The notes under the pieces are model-generated. The model saw only the letters and a list, made by a program, of their open reading frames with translations. It was not told the DNA's origin and did no database searches. The position numbers were made by a program, and so were the translations under genes. 64,000 bases of DNA from Arsukibacterium sp. UBA3155 (GTDB lineage Bacteria > Pseudomonadota > Gammaproteobacteria > Enterobacterales > Alteromonadaceae), in contig NZ_DEYP01000026.1 of NCBI RefSeq assembly GCF_002364615.1, forward strand, positions 54,488 through 118,487, read 5' to 3'. Below, in pieces: positions 54,741 to 63,959 of the stretch (position 1 is its first letter; each line of letters opens with the position of its first letter).

Positions 54741-54756
54741 ATTGGTAATACCAATT
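54741..54756 (+). promoter_or_regulatory. PdhR operator
   Basis: ATTGGTAATACCAATT matches AATTGGT-N3-ACCAATT, about 50 bp upstream of pdhR. Confidence 0.88.
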
Positions 54757-54802
54757 TACAACTTGTCGAAAGGCAACCCAGCACAAGTGAAGCTAACCCG
54801 GC

Positions 54803-55561
54803 ATGGCAGATTATAAAATTAAACCCGCTAAACTCTCAGACCGTATCGTAGAGCAGCTGGAAAACATGTTGCTGGAGGGTAGCTTTGCCCCGGGCCAGCG
54901 TTTGCCGGCAGAGCGTGAACTGGCTGAGCGGTTCGATGTGTCACGCCCCTCCTTGCGTGAGGCTATTCAGAAGCTGGAAGCCAAAGGCTTGCTAAGCCGG
55001 CGTCAGGGCGGCGGTACTTATGTCTGTGATAATTTGGCGGTGGGCTTAACCGACCCTTTGTTTGCGTTAATTGGTCGCCACCCGGAGTCACAGTTCGATT
55101 TGCTGGAATTTAGGCATGCGTTAGAGGGTATTTGCGCCTATTACGCTGCACTACGCGGCACGGCTGCCGATCATCAGCAAATTAAAGATTTATACAACAG
55201 CATTTGTTTAAGTCAGCAGCAACAGGACGTTGATGCCGAGGCCAAAGCCGTTGGCCAGTTTTATCTGGCGGTAGCGGAAGCGTCGCATAATGTGGTGCTG
55301 CTGCATTTAGTGCGTGGTTTGACTCCGCTGGTAGAACAAAACGTGCGCTTAAACCTGGTGGCGCTGGCGGCGCGCGAGGGTAGTGCTGAACAACTTAATG
55401 CCCATCGTCAGCATTTAATGCAGGCGGTAATTAATGGCGAGCCGGAAAAAGCCCGCCAGGCCAGTAATGGCCACTTAGCTTTTATTGAAGAAGCGTTGTT
55501 GGAAGTAAACAAAGAGCGCTCGCGAATTGAGCGCTCGTTGCGTCGTTCCCAGCAAGGCTGA
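54803..55561 (+). CDS. pdhR: Pyruvate dehydrogenase complex repressor (GntR/FadR)
   Basis: LPAERELAERFDVSRPSLREA HTH, FCD domain, heads the aceEF-lpd operon. Confidence 0.95.
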   Translation: MADYKIKPAKLSDRIVEQLENMLLEGSFAPGQRLPAERELAERFDVSRPSLREAIQKLEAKGLLSRRQGGGTYVCDNLAVGLTDPLFALIGRHPESQFDLLEFRHALEGICAYYAALRGTAADHQQIKDLYNSICLSQQQQDVDAEAKAVGQFYLAVAEASHNVVLLHLVRGLTPLVEQNVRLNLVALAAREGSAEQLNAHRQHLMQAVINGEPEKARQASNGHLAFIEEALLEVNKERSRIERSLRRSQQG

Positions 55562-55613
55562 TAACCTGATAATTTTAAACGCGTAGGCGTGAATAACCAT
55601 AGGAAACCTCGAT

Positions 55614-58280
55614 ATGTCTGAAGTCAGTAAGAATGACATCGACGCTCTGGAAACAAAAGAGTGGCTGGAAGCACTGGAGTCAGTGGTTCGCACCGAAGGT
55701 GTGGAGCGGGCGCAGTTTCTGCTTGAGCAGGTATTAGAACAGGCCCGCCTAGAGGGCGTGGCCATGCCAACCGGTGTGACCACTAACTACATTAATACCA
55801 TTCCACCACAACAAGAGCCCGCTTACCCTGGCGATGTGAATCTGGAAAGACGTATCCGCTCGGTTATTCGCTGGAACGCCATTATGATTGTGCTGCGCGG
55901 CTCGAAAAAAGAGTTGGAGCTAGGTGGCCATATGGCCTCTTACCAGTCGTCTGCAGCATTTTATGAAACCTGTTTTAACCACTTTTTCCGCGCGCCGAAT
56001 GAAAAAGATGGCGGTGATTTAGTTTATTACCAGGGCCATATTTCACCGGGTATTTATGCCCGCGCCTTTGTGGAAGGCCGCTTAACGGCAGCGCAGCTGG
56101 ATGGCTTTCGCCAGGAAGTGGATGGCAACGGCTTATCGAGCTACCCACACCCGAAATTAATGCCTGAGTTCTGGCAGTTCCCCACGGTATCAATGGGCTT
56201 AGGCCCGATAGCCGCTATTTACCAGGCACGCTTTTTAAAATACTTAAATGGCCGCGAGTTAAAAGATACCAGCGAACAACGGGTATACGCCTTTTTGGGC
56301 GACGGCGAGATGGACGAGCCGGAATCACGTGGTGCCATAAGCTTTGCTGCGCGCGAAAAACTGAATAACCTGTGTTTCCTGGTTAACTGTAACCTGCAGC
56401 GCTTAGACGGCCCGGTAATGGGTAACGGTAAAATTATTCAGGAACTGGAAGGTTTGTTCCGTGGCGCCGGTTGGAACGTAATTAAAGTGGTCTGGGGCCG
56501 CGGCTGGGATAAATTACTGGCCAAGGACACCACCGGTAAATTGCTACAGTTAATGAATGAAACCGTTGATGGCGATTACCAGACCTATAAAGCCAACGAC
56601 GGTGCTTTTGTTCGTAAGCATTTCTTTGGCCGTTATCCGGAAACCGCCGCCCTGGTTGCCGATATGACAGACGAAGAGATTTTCGCCTTAAAGCGCGGCG
56701 GTCATGAGCCTTCTAAGTTATTTGCTGCCTTTAAAGCCGCGCAAAACTGCACCGACAAACCGACAGTTATTCTAGCCAAAACCGTTAAAGGGTACGGCAT
56801 GGGTGATGCTGCCGAAGGCAAAAACATTGCCCATCAGGTGAAGAAAATGGACATGACCCACGTATTGCAATTGCGCAAGCGCCTGGGCCTGGAAGACTAT
56901 ATCAGTGAAGAAGCGGTTGACGATCTGCCCTATATCGAACTGCCAAAAGACTCACCAGAATTACAGTATCTGCACGATCGGCGTAACGCGCTGCATGGCT
57001 ATACCCCGGTTAGGTTGCCTAATTTTACCAAGCCGTTAACCCTGCCCGAGCTGGACGCATTTGACTCGTTATTAACCGAGCAAAAACGTGAAATCTCCAC
57101 CACCATGGGTTACACCCGTATTCTGAATGTGTTGTTAAAAGACGAACATATTGGTAAGCAAATCGTGCCTATTATTGCCGATGAAGCCCGTACTTTCGGT
57201 ATGGAAGGCCTGTTCCGGCAAATTGGTATCTATAACCCGGGCGGCCAGACCTATACCCCGGAAGACCGTTCAGTAGTGTCGTACTACAAAGAAGATGTGG
57301 GTGGTCAGGTATTACAGGAAGGCATTAACGAACTAGGCGCGATGTCGTCCTGGGTGGCAGCTGCCACCTCTTACAGCACCAACGATTTACCGATGATCCC
57401 GTTCTATATTTATTACTCGATGTTTGGTTTCCAGCGGGTAGGTGATATGGCCTGGATGGCCGGTGATCAGCAGGCGCGCGGCTTCCTGTTAGGCGCTACC
57501 GCCGGACGCACCACGTTAAATGGTGAAGGCTTACAGCATGAAGATGGCCATAGCCATGTGCTGGCCAGCACCGTCCCTAACTGTATTTCGTACGACCCCA
57601 CGTACGTTTACGAGCTGGCAGTGATTATGCAAGACGGCATCCGCCGCATGTATGGCCCGGATCAGGAAAATATTTATTACTACATTACGGTAATGAATGA
57701 AAACTACCATCACCCGGCTATGCCAAAAGGCGCCGAAGAAGGTATACGTCGCGGTATTTACAAGCTGGAATCGTATAACGGCGATCGCGGTAAGGTACAG
57801 CTGTTAGGCTCAGGCACCATCTTTAACGAAGTGCGTAAGGCTGCTGAAATTCTGAGCAAAGACTACAGCGTTGCCTCAGACGTGTTCTCGGTTACCTCGT
57901 TTAACGAGCTGGCCCGTGATGGCCAGGACGCAGAACGCTTCAATATGCTAAACCCGGACGCGAAAGAGAAAACACCGTTTGTGGCGACGGTATTAGGTAC
58001 AGCACCGGCGATTGCTGCTACCGATTATATGAAAAACTACGCTGAGCAAATTCGTGGCTTTATCCCGGCGGTATCTTACAAGGTGCTGGGCACTGACGGC
58101 TACGGCCGCTCAGACAGTCGCGAGAATCTGCGTCGTCATTTTGAAGTAAACGCTGGGTATATTGTGGTTGCTGCGCTGTCTGAACTGGTAAAACAGGGCG
58201 AGCTGAAAAAAGCGGTGATTAGCGAGGCCATTAAGAAGTTTGGCATTGATGCAACCAAAACCAACCCGTTGTACGCGTAA
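55614..58280 (+). CDS. aceE: Pyruvate dehydrogenase E1
   Basis: LGGHMAS, TVSMGLGP, GDGEMDEPES TPP motif. Confidence 0.98.
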   Translation: MSEVSKNDIDALETKEWLEALESVVRTEGVERAQFLLEQVLEQARLEGVAMPTGVTTNYINTIPPQQEPAYPGDVNLERRIRSVIRWNAIMIVLRGSKKELELGGHMASYQSSAAFYETCFNHFFRAPNEKDGGDLVYYQGHISPGIYARAFVEGRLTAAQLDGFRQEVDGNGLSSYPHPKLMPEFWQFPTVSMGLGPIAAIYQARFLKYLNGRELKDTSEQRVYAFLGDGEMDEPESRGAISFAAREKLNNLCFLVNCNLQRLDGPVMGNGKIIQELEGLFRGAGWNVIKVVWGRGWDKLLAKDTTGKLLQLMNETVDGDYQTYKANDGAFVRKHFFGRYPETAALVADMTDEEIFALKRGGHEPSKLFAAFKAAQNCTDKPTVILAKTVKGYGMGDAAEGKNIAHQVKKMDMTHVLQLRKRLGLEDYISEEAVDDLPYIELPKDSPELQYLHDRRNALHGYTPVRLPNFTKPLTLPELDAFDSLLTEQKREISTTMGYTRILNVLLKDEHIGKQIVPIIADEARTFGMEGLFRQIGIYNPGGQTYTPEDRSVVSYYKEDVGGQVLQEGINELGAMSSWVAAATSYSTNDLPMIPFYIYYSMFGFQRVGDMAWMAGDQQARGFLLGATAGRTTLNGEGLQHEDGHSHVLASTVPNCISYDPTYVYELAVIMQDGIRRMYGPDQENIYYYITVMNENYHHPAMPKGAEEGIRRGIYKLESYNGDRGKVQLLGSGTIFNEVRKAAEILSKDYSVASDVFSVTSFNELARDGQDAERFNMLNPDAKEKTPFVATVLGTAPAIAATDYMKNYAEQIRGFIPAVSYKVLGTDGYGRSDSRENLRRHFEVNAGYIVVAALSELVKQGELKKAVISEAIKKFGIDATKTNPLYA

Positions 58281-58291
58281 GGGGATAACTG

Positions 58292-60016
58292 ATGACGAAT
58301 GAAATTAAAGTACCCGACATTGGCGCAGATGAGGTTGAAGTAACCGAAATACTGGTTAAGGTTGGCGACAAAATTAAACCCGAGCAGTCTTTACTCAGCG
58401 TTGAAGGCGATAAAGCGGCGATGGATATTCCATCTCCCGAAGGCGGCGTGGTTAAAGAAATCAAAGTGAGCACCGGGGATAAAATCGCAACCGGTAGCCT
58501 TATTATGATTTTTGAAGGCGGCGCTGACGAAGCTTCGAAAGACAGCGACGACAAAGACCAGCAAAACGCTAAGCAAGCTGACGATAAAAAGTCAGATGAT
58601 AAAACGTCAGATAAGCAAAAATCAGCAGACAGCAAGCCCGCTGAGAAAAAGTCTGGTGGCAGCGCCAGCAAAGACGTTGAAGTGCCAGACATTGGTGGCG
58701 ACCCGGTTGAAGTAACCGAAATACTGGTAAAAGTGGGTGACAGCGTGAAAGCCGATCAGTCACTGCTTAGCGTCGAAGGCGACAAAGCCAGTATGGAAGT
58801 GCCGGCACCGTTCGAGGGTAAGGTAAAAGAAATTAAAGTTAGTGTCGGCGACAAAGTGGAAACCGGCAGCCTGATTATGGTGTTTGAAACTGCTGCTGAC
58901 GACGCTGATACTGAGCAAAGTGACGACAGTGATAATAGCGCCAGCAAGGACGACAAGAAAGACGACAGCAAAAGCGATGCTAAAGCCAGTGAGCAGAGTA
59001 CGGCCAAAGCTGACAGCAAAGAAGCCAACGCAGACACGGCAGACAAAGGCGACGGTTTTGTTGAAAACAAAGCTTATGCGCATGCATCGCCGGTTATCCG
59101 TCGCTTAGCCCGTGAATTTGGCATTAACTTAGCCAAAGTTAAAGGCACGGGCCGTAAAGGCCGGGTGGTGAAAGAAGATGTGCAAAACTATGTGAAGCAG
59201 TTGGTAAAACAGGCTGAAAGCGGCGCATCGTCTTCCGGTGCAGGCAACACTGGCTCCGGAAATAGTGTTGGCTTTGATTTAATTGCCTGGCCAAAAGTCG
59301 ACTTTGCTAAGTTTGGTGAAGTGGAAAGCAAGCCGTTATCGCGTATTCAAAAGCTGTCGGGTAATAACCTGCATCGTAACTGGGTGCGTATTCCGCATGT
59401 TACCCAGTTTGATGAAGCCGACATTACCGGCCTGGAAGACTTCCGCAAAGAGCAAAATAGCCTGGCCGAGAAGAAAAAAATGGGCGTTAAATACACCCCG
59501 CTGGTGTTTATTATGAAAGCGGTGGCCAAGGCACTGGAAGACTATCCGACGTTCTGCAGTTCGCTGTCTGAAGATGGCCAGAGCTTAATAATGAAAAAGT
59601 ACATCCATTTAGGTATCGCAGTTGATACACCAAATGGCCTGGTAGTGCCGGTGGTAAAAGACGTCAACAAAAAAGGCATTATTGAACTGTCGCGCGAACT
59701 GATGGAAATATCCTCTAAGGCGCGGGAAGGCAAGTTAAGTTCTGCCGATATGCAGGGCGGCTGTTTTACCATCTCCAGCCTGGGTGGTATTGGCGGTACG
59801 GCGTTTACGCCCATCGTTAATGCCCCGGAAGTGGCCATTTTAGGTGTCTCTAAATCAGAGATTAAACCAAAATGGAACGGTAAAGAGTTTGAGCCGAAGT
59901 TAATGGTGCCGTTGTCGGTATCTTATGATCACCGGGTAATAGATGGCGCCTTAGCAGCACGCTTTACTGCTACGTTAGCCAGCTATCTGGCCGATATCCG
60001 GCAAATTATTATGTAA
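58292..60016 (+). CDS. aceF: Dihydrolipoamide acetyltransferase E2 with two lipoyl domains
   Basis: Two EGDKA lipoyl motifs, E3-binding ASPVIRRLA, catalytic DHRVIDG. Confidence 0.97.
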   Translation: MTNEIKVPDIGADEVEVTEILVKVGDKIKPEQSLLSVEGDKAAMDIPSPEGGVVKEIKVSTGDKIATGSLIMIFEGGADEASKDSDDKDQQNAKQADDKKSDDKTSDKQKSADSKPAEKKSGGSASKDVEVPDIGGDPVEVTEILVKVGDSVKADQSLLSVEGDKASMEVPAPFEGKVKEIKVSVGDKVETGSLIMVFETAADDADTEQSDDSDNSASKDDKKDDSKSDAKASEQSTAKADSKEANADTADKGDGFVENKAYAHASPVIRRLAREFGINLAKVKGTGRKGRVVKEDVQNYVKQLVKQAESGASSSGAGNTGSGNSVGFDLIAWPKVDFAKFGEVESKPLSRIQKLSGNNLHRNWVRIPHVTQFDEADITGLEDFRKEQNSLAEKKKMGVKYTPLVFIMKAVAKALEDYPTFCSSLSEDGQSLIMKKYIHLGIAVDTPNGLVVPVVKDVNKKGIIELSRELMEISSKAREGKLSSADMQGGCFTISSLGGIGGTAFTPIVNAPEVAILGVSKSEIKPKWNGKEFEPKLMVPLSVSYDHRVIDGALAARFTATLASYLADIRQIIM

Positions 60017-60022
60017 AACCGG

Positions 60023-60051
60023 ATTACGCCAGCAAAAACTGGCGTAATTTT
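60023..60051 (+). terminator. Intrinsic terminator after aceF
   Basis: ATTACGCCAG-caaaaa-CTGGCGTAAT-TTT. Confidence 0.75.
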
Positions 60052-60137
60052 CGATTGATAGCACAATCAATGGTTACAGAGCGGCGGCTCTGATGTTAAA
60101 ATTCCGCCACTTTTTTCGCCTGATAGCCTCAATCCAT

Positions 60138-60260
60138 TATTCTATGGATTTCGAAGTGCACGTAGGCGGCAAGCAAGCGAGTCCCCATGAGCTTAGGTTA
60201 GCTAAGTGATTGGGGTGAGCGGTGCAGCCAACACCCGTGCAATTTGAAATACGATGGATA
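60138..60260. repeat. ERIC-like (enterobacterial repetitive intergenic consensus) element, about 123 bp
   Basis: Internal AGGCGGCAAG...CCCCATGAGCTTA...TAAGTGATTGGGGTGAGC...GCAGCCAAC core with central inverted repeat and imperfect terminal inverted repeats (ATTTCGAAGTGCACG / CGTGCAATTTGAAAT); closely resembles the ERIC consensus as I recall it. Confidence 0.82.
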
Positions 60261-60310
60261 ATAATGCTGTCAGAACACCGGGAAAACCGGACAATTATGA
60301 AGGTAATACG

Positions 60311-61723
60311 ATGAGCAACGATATTAAAACTCAGTTAGTAGTCGTGGGCGCAGGCCCTGGCGGTTATTCTGCAGCCTTTCGTGCAGCAGATTTAGGTTTA
60401 GAGGTTACCCTGGTTGAAGCGCGCAGCACCTTAGGTGGCGTATGCTTAAACGTTGGCTGTATTCCATCTAAAGCCTTGTTACACGTTGCCAAGGTTATTG
60501 ACGATGCCCATGATATGGCGTCGCACGGCGTTACCTTTGGTGAGCCAAAAATTGATTTAGACAAAATCCGTGACTGGAAAGACAAAGTTGTCGGCCAGTT
60601 AACCAATGGCCTGGGCGGCATGGCGAAAATGCGCAAAGTTAAGGTAGTTAACGGTTTCGGTAAATTTACCGGTGCTAACACCTTACAGGTTGGCGACACC
60701 AAAATTACCTTTGAACACGCCATTATTGCTGCAGGTTCAGAGCCGGTATCACTACCGTTTATTCCAAAAGATGACGACCGGGTTATCGACTCTACCGGCG
60801 CGCTGGAATTAAAAGACATTCCGGGTGAAATGCTGGTGTTAGGTGGCGGTATTATCGGCCTGGAAATGGGCACCGTTTATCGTGCACTGGGTTCTAAAGT
60901 ATCGGTAGTGGAATTTGCTGATCAGTTAGTACCAGCAGCCGATGCTGACTTAGTAAAAGCCTATACCAAGTACAACAGCAAAAAATTCAACATTATGCTG
61001 TCGACCAAGGTAACCAATGTTGAAGCGAAGAAAGACGGTTTATACGTCACCTTTGAAGGCAAAAACGCACCGGATAAAGCGGTACGTTACGACAAAATTC
61101 TGGTGGCAGTGGGCCGTAAGCCAAACGGTAACCTGTTAGACGCTAAAAAAGCCGGTGTTGACGTTGATGATCGCGGCTTTATTAACGTGGATAAGCAACT
61201 GCGTACCAACGTTAAACACATTCACGCCATTGGTGATGTTACCGGCCAGCCGATGTTAGCGCACAAAGCGGTACACGAAGGCCATGTAGCGGCTGAAGTG
61301 ATCTCTGGCATGAAGCACTACTTCGACCCACGCTGCATTCCATCAGTAGCATATACCGACCCGGAAATGGCCTGGACCGGCATTACCGAGAAAGAAGCGA
61401 AAGAGCAGGGCGTAAAAGTAGAAACCGCGACCTTCCCATGGGCAGCATCAGGCCGTGCCATCGCCTCAGCCCGTACTGAAGGTTTCACCAAGCTGATATT
61501 CGACAAAGAAACGCACCGCATTCTAGGTGGCGCCATTGTCGGTATTAACGCCGGTGAAATGCTGGGCGAAATCTGTTTAGCAGTAGAAATGGGTGCCGAC
61601 GCTGAAGATATCGCGTTAACCATCCACGCTCACCCAACCCTGAACGAGTCTATCGGCTTAGCTGCCGAAATCTACGAAGGCTCAATCACTGATTTGCCAA
61701 ACCCGAAAGCGAAGAAAAAGTAA
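60311..61723 (+). CDS. lpdA: Dihydrolipoamide dehydrogenase E3
   Basis: GAGPGG, GGVCLNVGCIPSK, HAHPTLNE; ATG 60311 (MSNDIKTQ) preferred because the ORF start 60254 lies inside the ERIC-like element. Confidence 0.98.
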   Translation: MSNDIKTQLVVVGAGPGGYSAAFRAADLGLEVTLVEARSTLGGVCLNVGCIPSKALLHVAKVIDDAHDMASHGVTFGEPKIDLDKIRDWKDKVVGQLTNGLGGMAKMRKVKVVNGFGKFTGANTLQVGDTKITFEHAIIAAGSEPVSLPFIPKDDDRVIDSTGALELKDIPGEMLVLGGGIIGLEMGTVYRALGSKVSVVEFADQLVPAADADLVKAYTKYNSKKFNIMLSTKVTNVEAKKDGLYVTFEGKNAPDKAVRYDKILVAVGRKPNGNLLDAKKAGVDVDDRGFINVDKQLRTNVKHIHAIGDVTGQPMLAHKAVHEGHVAAEVISGMKHYFDPRCIPSVAYTDPEMAWTGITEKEAKEQGVKVETATFPWAASGRAIASARTEGFTKLIFDKETHRILGGAIVGINAGEMLGEICLAVEMGADAEDIALTIHAHPTLNESIGLAAEIYEGSITDLPNPKAKKK

Positions 61724-61744
61724 TTTTTCTGGGTTTTAGATAAA

Positions 61745-61774
61745 ACAAAGGCCGCAAATGCGGCCTTTGTTGTT
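61745..61774 (+). terminator. lpdA terminator, copy 1
   Basis: ACAAAGGCCGC-aaat-GCGGCCTTTGT followed by TGTTT. Confidence 0.88.
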
Positions 61775-61854
61775 TCTGGTTGAGATGTTTTCAAATAATA
61801 AACATTGTGTTAATCTTTTTGTTCGATAACAAACATGCAAAAAGGATTAGCACA

Positions 61855-62295
61855 ATGCTGGTTCAGTTCAGTAAATTATGGAAAAACCACCCGTACCCTA
61901 ATTTTCCCTGTGACAGAGGATTGTTCGCAAACCAATGTGCCATTCGTATGGGGGTAGCGTTAGAACTATCTGGTGTTGATACCTCCAGCTTTGACACCAA
62001 ATACCCACAGAGACGTTGCTACCCTGGTTTAAACCACAGCCCGCGACATATTCTGGCAGCGCAAGAGCTGGCCAATTGGCTTGATGATGCTGGCAACAAC
62101 GCATTCGGCAGCAAAAGAGTGATCAGAGGTGGTGCGCTTGAATCCCTCAAAGGCAAGAAAGGCATCGTTTTTATAATGAACGGCTGGGACAGCACGGACC
62201 ATATCGACTTATGGGACGGTGAAACTCTTAAAGGTGGCGCTCCCGATTGGTTAAATAAAGGAGACGAAGTATGGTTTTGGGAAATTACAGTGTGA
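61855..62295 (+). CDS. Tae4-like type VI secretion peptidoglycan amidase effector
   Basis: NQCAIRM (catalytic Cys, NxCAxR) and DHIDLWDG (catalytic His), both typical of Tae4; no signal peptide; ATG 61855 after AAGGA. Confidence 0.78.
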   Translation: MLVQFSKLWKNHPYPNFPCDRGLFANQCAIRMGVALELSGVDTSSFDTKYPQRRCYPGLNHSPRHILAAQELANWLDDAGNNAFGSKRVIRGGALESLKGKKGIVFIMNGWDSTDHIDLWDGETLKGGAPDWLNKGDEVWFWEITV

Positions 62296-62705
62296 TCCGT
62301 CTCGTTTCTCTGGCTGCTATTCTGGCTGTGACTTCATGTGCTCAGGCCGATATCAGTGTTAATTCTGCCAACGATGTCTGTAAGGTAACAAGCGATGGCA
62401 AGAGCTATGAATTACAGCTTACGCCGCCATGTAGCCTGGTTAAGGTCGATTACAAAGATCACGACTATTTTCAGTACTACGACAGCAAGGTATACATAGT
62501 AGCGGGCAAACCGGCACCGCTAGCGCAGTTGGCTAAATGGTCTGTTACTGAAGCGGATAATTGCTCATTGCAATCGCAGGCGGTAATTGTCAACGCGGGT
62601 AAAATGCATCTGTCTGATGTTCGGCAAGATGCGTTGACCTGCCCAGAAATTGGTCTGGATGAAAAAGTATACCGGGATTACTTCGATAATATGATGACTA
62701 AGTAG
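62292..62705 (+). CDS. Hypothetical lipoprotein, candidate immunity protein
   Basis: GTG start overlapping the effector stop (GTGA); lipobox LAVTSC; four further Cys. Confidence 0.72.
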   Translation: MIRLVSLAAILAVTSCAQADISVNSANDVCKVTSDGKSYELQLTPPCSLVKVDYKDHDYFQYYDSKVYIVAGKPAPLAQLAKWSVTEADNCSLQSQAVIVNAGKMHLSDVRQDALTCPEIGLDEKVYRDYFDNMMTK

Positions 62706-62707
62706 GC

Positions 62708-63085
62708 ATGAAAATCAGGGTAGCATTAACGGCATTTATTCTGATGATTGTCATCTCGGGCATAACTAAGGCCGATATGGCGTTTAAACAGCAAAAGGAA
62801 CTAAAGCTGTTTCAGCATTATGCCCAGGCCAGTTGTTTAGCCACGGCTTTTAGCGATGGCGATATTCACCAGCAAGCAATAAGTGCATTAAACGGTTACC
62901 GCGAGTTTGGTGCCATGCCACTGGAGGCGTATCAGGAACTGGCAGAGCCAATGCAGCAATGGCTTAAAAAAGATTACGCCATGAAAGCTGGCAAGCAAAA
63001 TAACCTGATGAAGTGTATTGATTTTGCAGAGTCAGAGATCGTAACAAAAATCTATCATGGCTATGCTGACAAGGCTAAAAGCTAG
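62708..63085 (+). CDS. Tai4-like periplasmic amidase immunity protein
   Basis: Signal peptide, about 125 aa helical protein with YAQASCLATAF and LMKCIDF, the two-Cys pattern of Tai4/Rap proteins. Confidence 0.7.
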   Translation: MKIRVALTAFILMIVISGITKADMAFKQQKELKLFQHYAQASCLATAFSDGDIHQQAISALNGYREFGAMPLEAYQELAEPMQQWLKKDYAMKAGKQNNLMKCIDFAESEIVTKIYHGYADKAKS

Positions 63086-63093
63086 AGAAAAGT

Positions 63094-63258
63094 GAAATCT
63101 GCTTAGCGGTAGAAATGGGGGCCGACGCTGAAGGAGTCTATCGATTTAGCCGCCGAAATCTACGAAGGCTCAATCACCGATCTGCCAAACCCGAAAGCCA
63201 AGAAAAAGTAATTTTCTGAGTGTTAGGTAAAACAAAGGCCGCAATTGCGGCCTTTGTG
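63094..63258 (+). pseudogene. Second copy of the lpdA 3' end and its terminator, with a 38-bp internal deletion
   Basis: Matches 61568-61770; lacks 61608-61645 (flanked by CTGAA repeats); substitutions mostly at third codon positions; terminator ACAAAGGCCGC-aatt-GCGGCCTTTGT at 63232-63257. Confidence 0.93.
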
Positions 63259-63287
63259 GTTACAGTGAGCATGAGCCTCAGCCACAA

Positions 63288-63959
63288 CTAACTAGAAGGT
63301 ATGTTATAGCTCGTTTCTTTTAGTAGTCGATGCTCTCCTTTACTATCTGTCCACGACAGAGTAAGAGATTTCTCACAGTTTTCTTCGGTTTCCACAATTG
63401 CTTCAATATTGCCCAGATCAACATCATCAACTTTCCACTTTAGCTGAGTACCAGAGCTAAGCGGAGAACCTATAATGGAGAACAAGTTGTCCCGACGGTA
63501 ATTAAATTTTTTAAATTCATTGAACAATGTTGAAACAGCTTCTGGCACTACTCCTATATATCTGGCATCCCCACTGTATATCCCGTCGTTAAAATAAGTA
63601 AATCGTTGTCCGGTGCGTTCAAAATACTTACAGCTATTTTCTGGTTGATTTTTTGAAGCCGTTGCCGAGGAAGGGAGGTGGTTACTTTGGGTCAGTGAAG
63701 TGATCACTTTATCTTGGAGAAACAGTTCGATATGAGATATACAACCCTCGTACTTATTAATATTGTATAAAGCGTCTTTATTACTTAATTTAAAAGACTT
63801 TATACCAAAAGTGTAGCTAACTTCAGGTCGCGATGGAAATACTGACTTAATCTGTGCATCAGTAGCATTTATCGGAAGCTTTCTGGCTTGCTCAAAGAAA
63901 GTTCTGAATTTTTGAGGTAAATGTGATGGTATTTCCTCAATGTTCGCTTGGTTGCTCAT
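63288..63959 (-). CDS. AT-rich hypothetical protein
   Basis: 223-aa ORF with GAGGG RBS; no motif recognised. Confidence 0.7.
   Translation of the reverse strand: MSNQANIEEIPSHLPQKFRTFFEQARKLPINATDAQIKSVFPSRPEVSYTFGIKSFKLSNKDALYNINKYEGCISHIELFLQDKVITSLTQSNHLPSSATASKNQPENSCKYFERTGQRFTYFNDGIYSGDARYIGVVPEAVSTLFNEFKKFNYRRDNLFSIIGSPLSSGTQLKWKVDDVDLGNIEAIVETEENCEKSLTLSWTDSKGEHRLLKETSYNIPSS

Noticed and set aside
60254-60310. N-terminal extension of LpdA in the ORF track
   Set aside because: The ATG lies inside the ERIC-like repeat; MSNDIKTQ at 60311 is the usual start.
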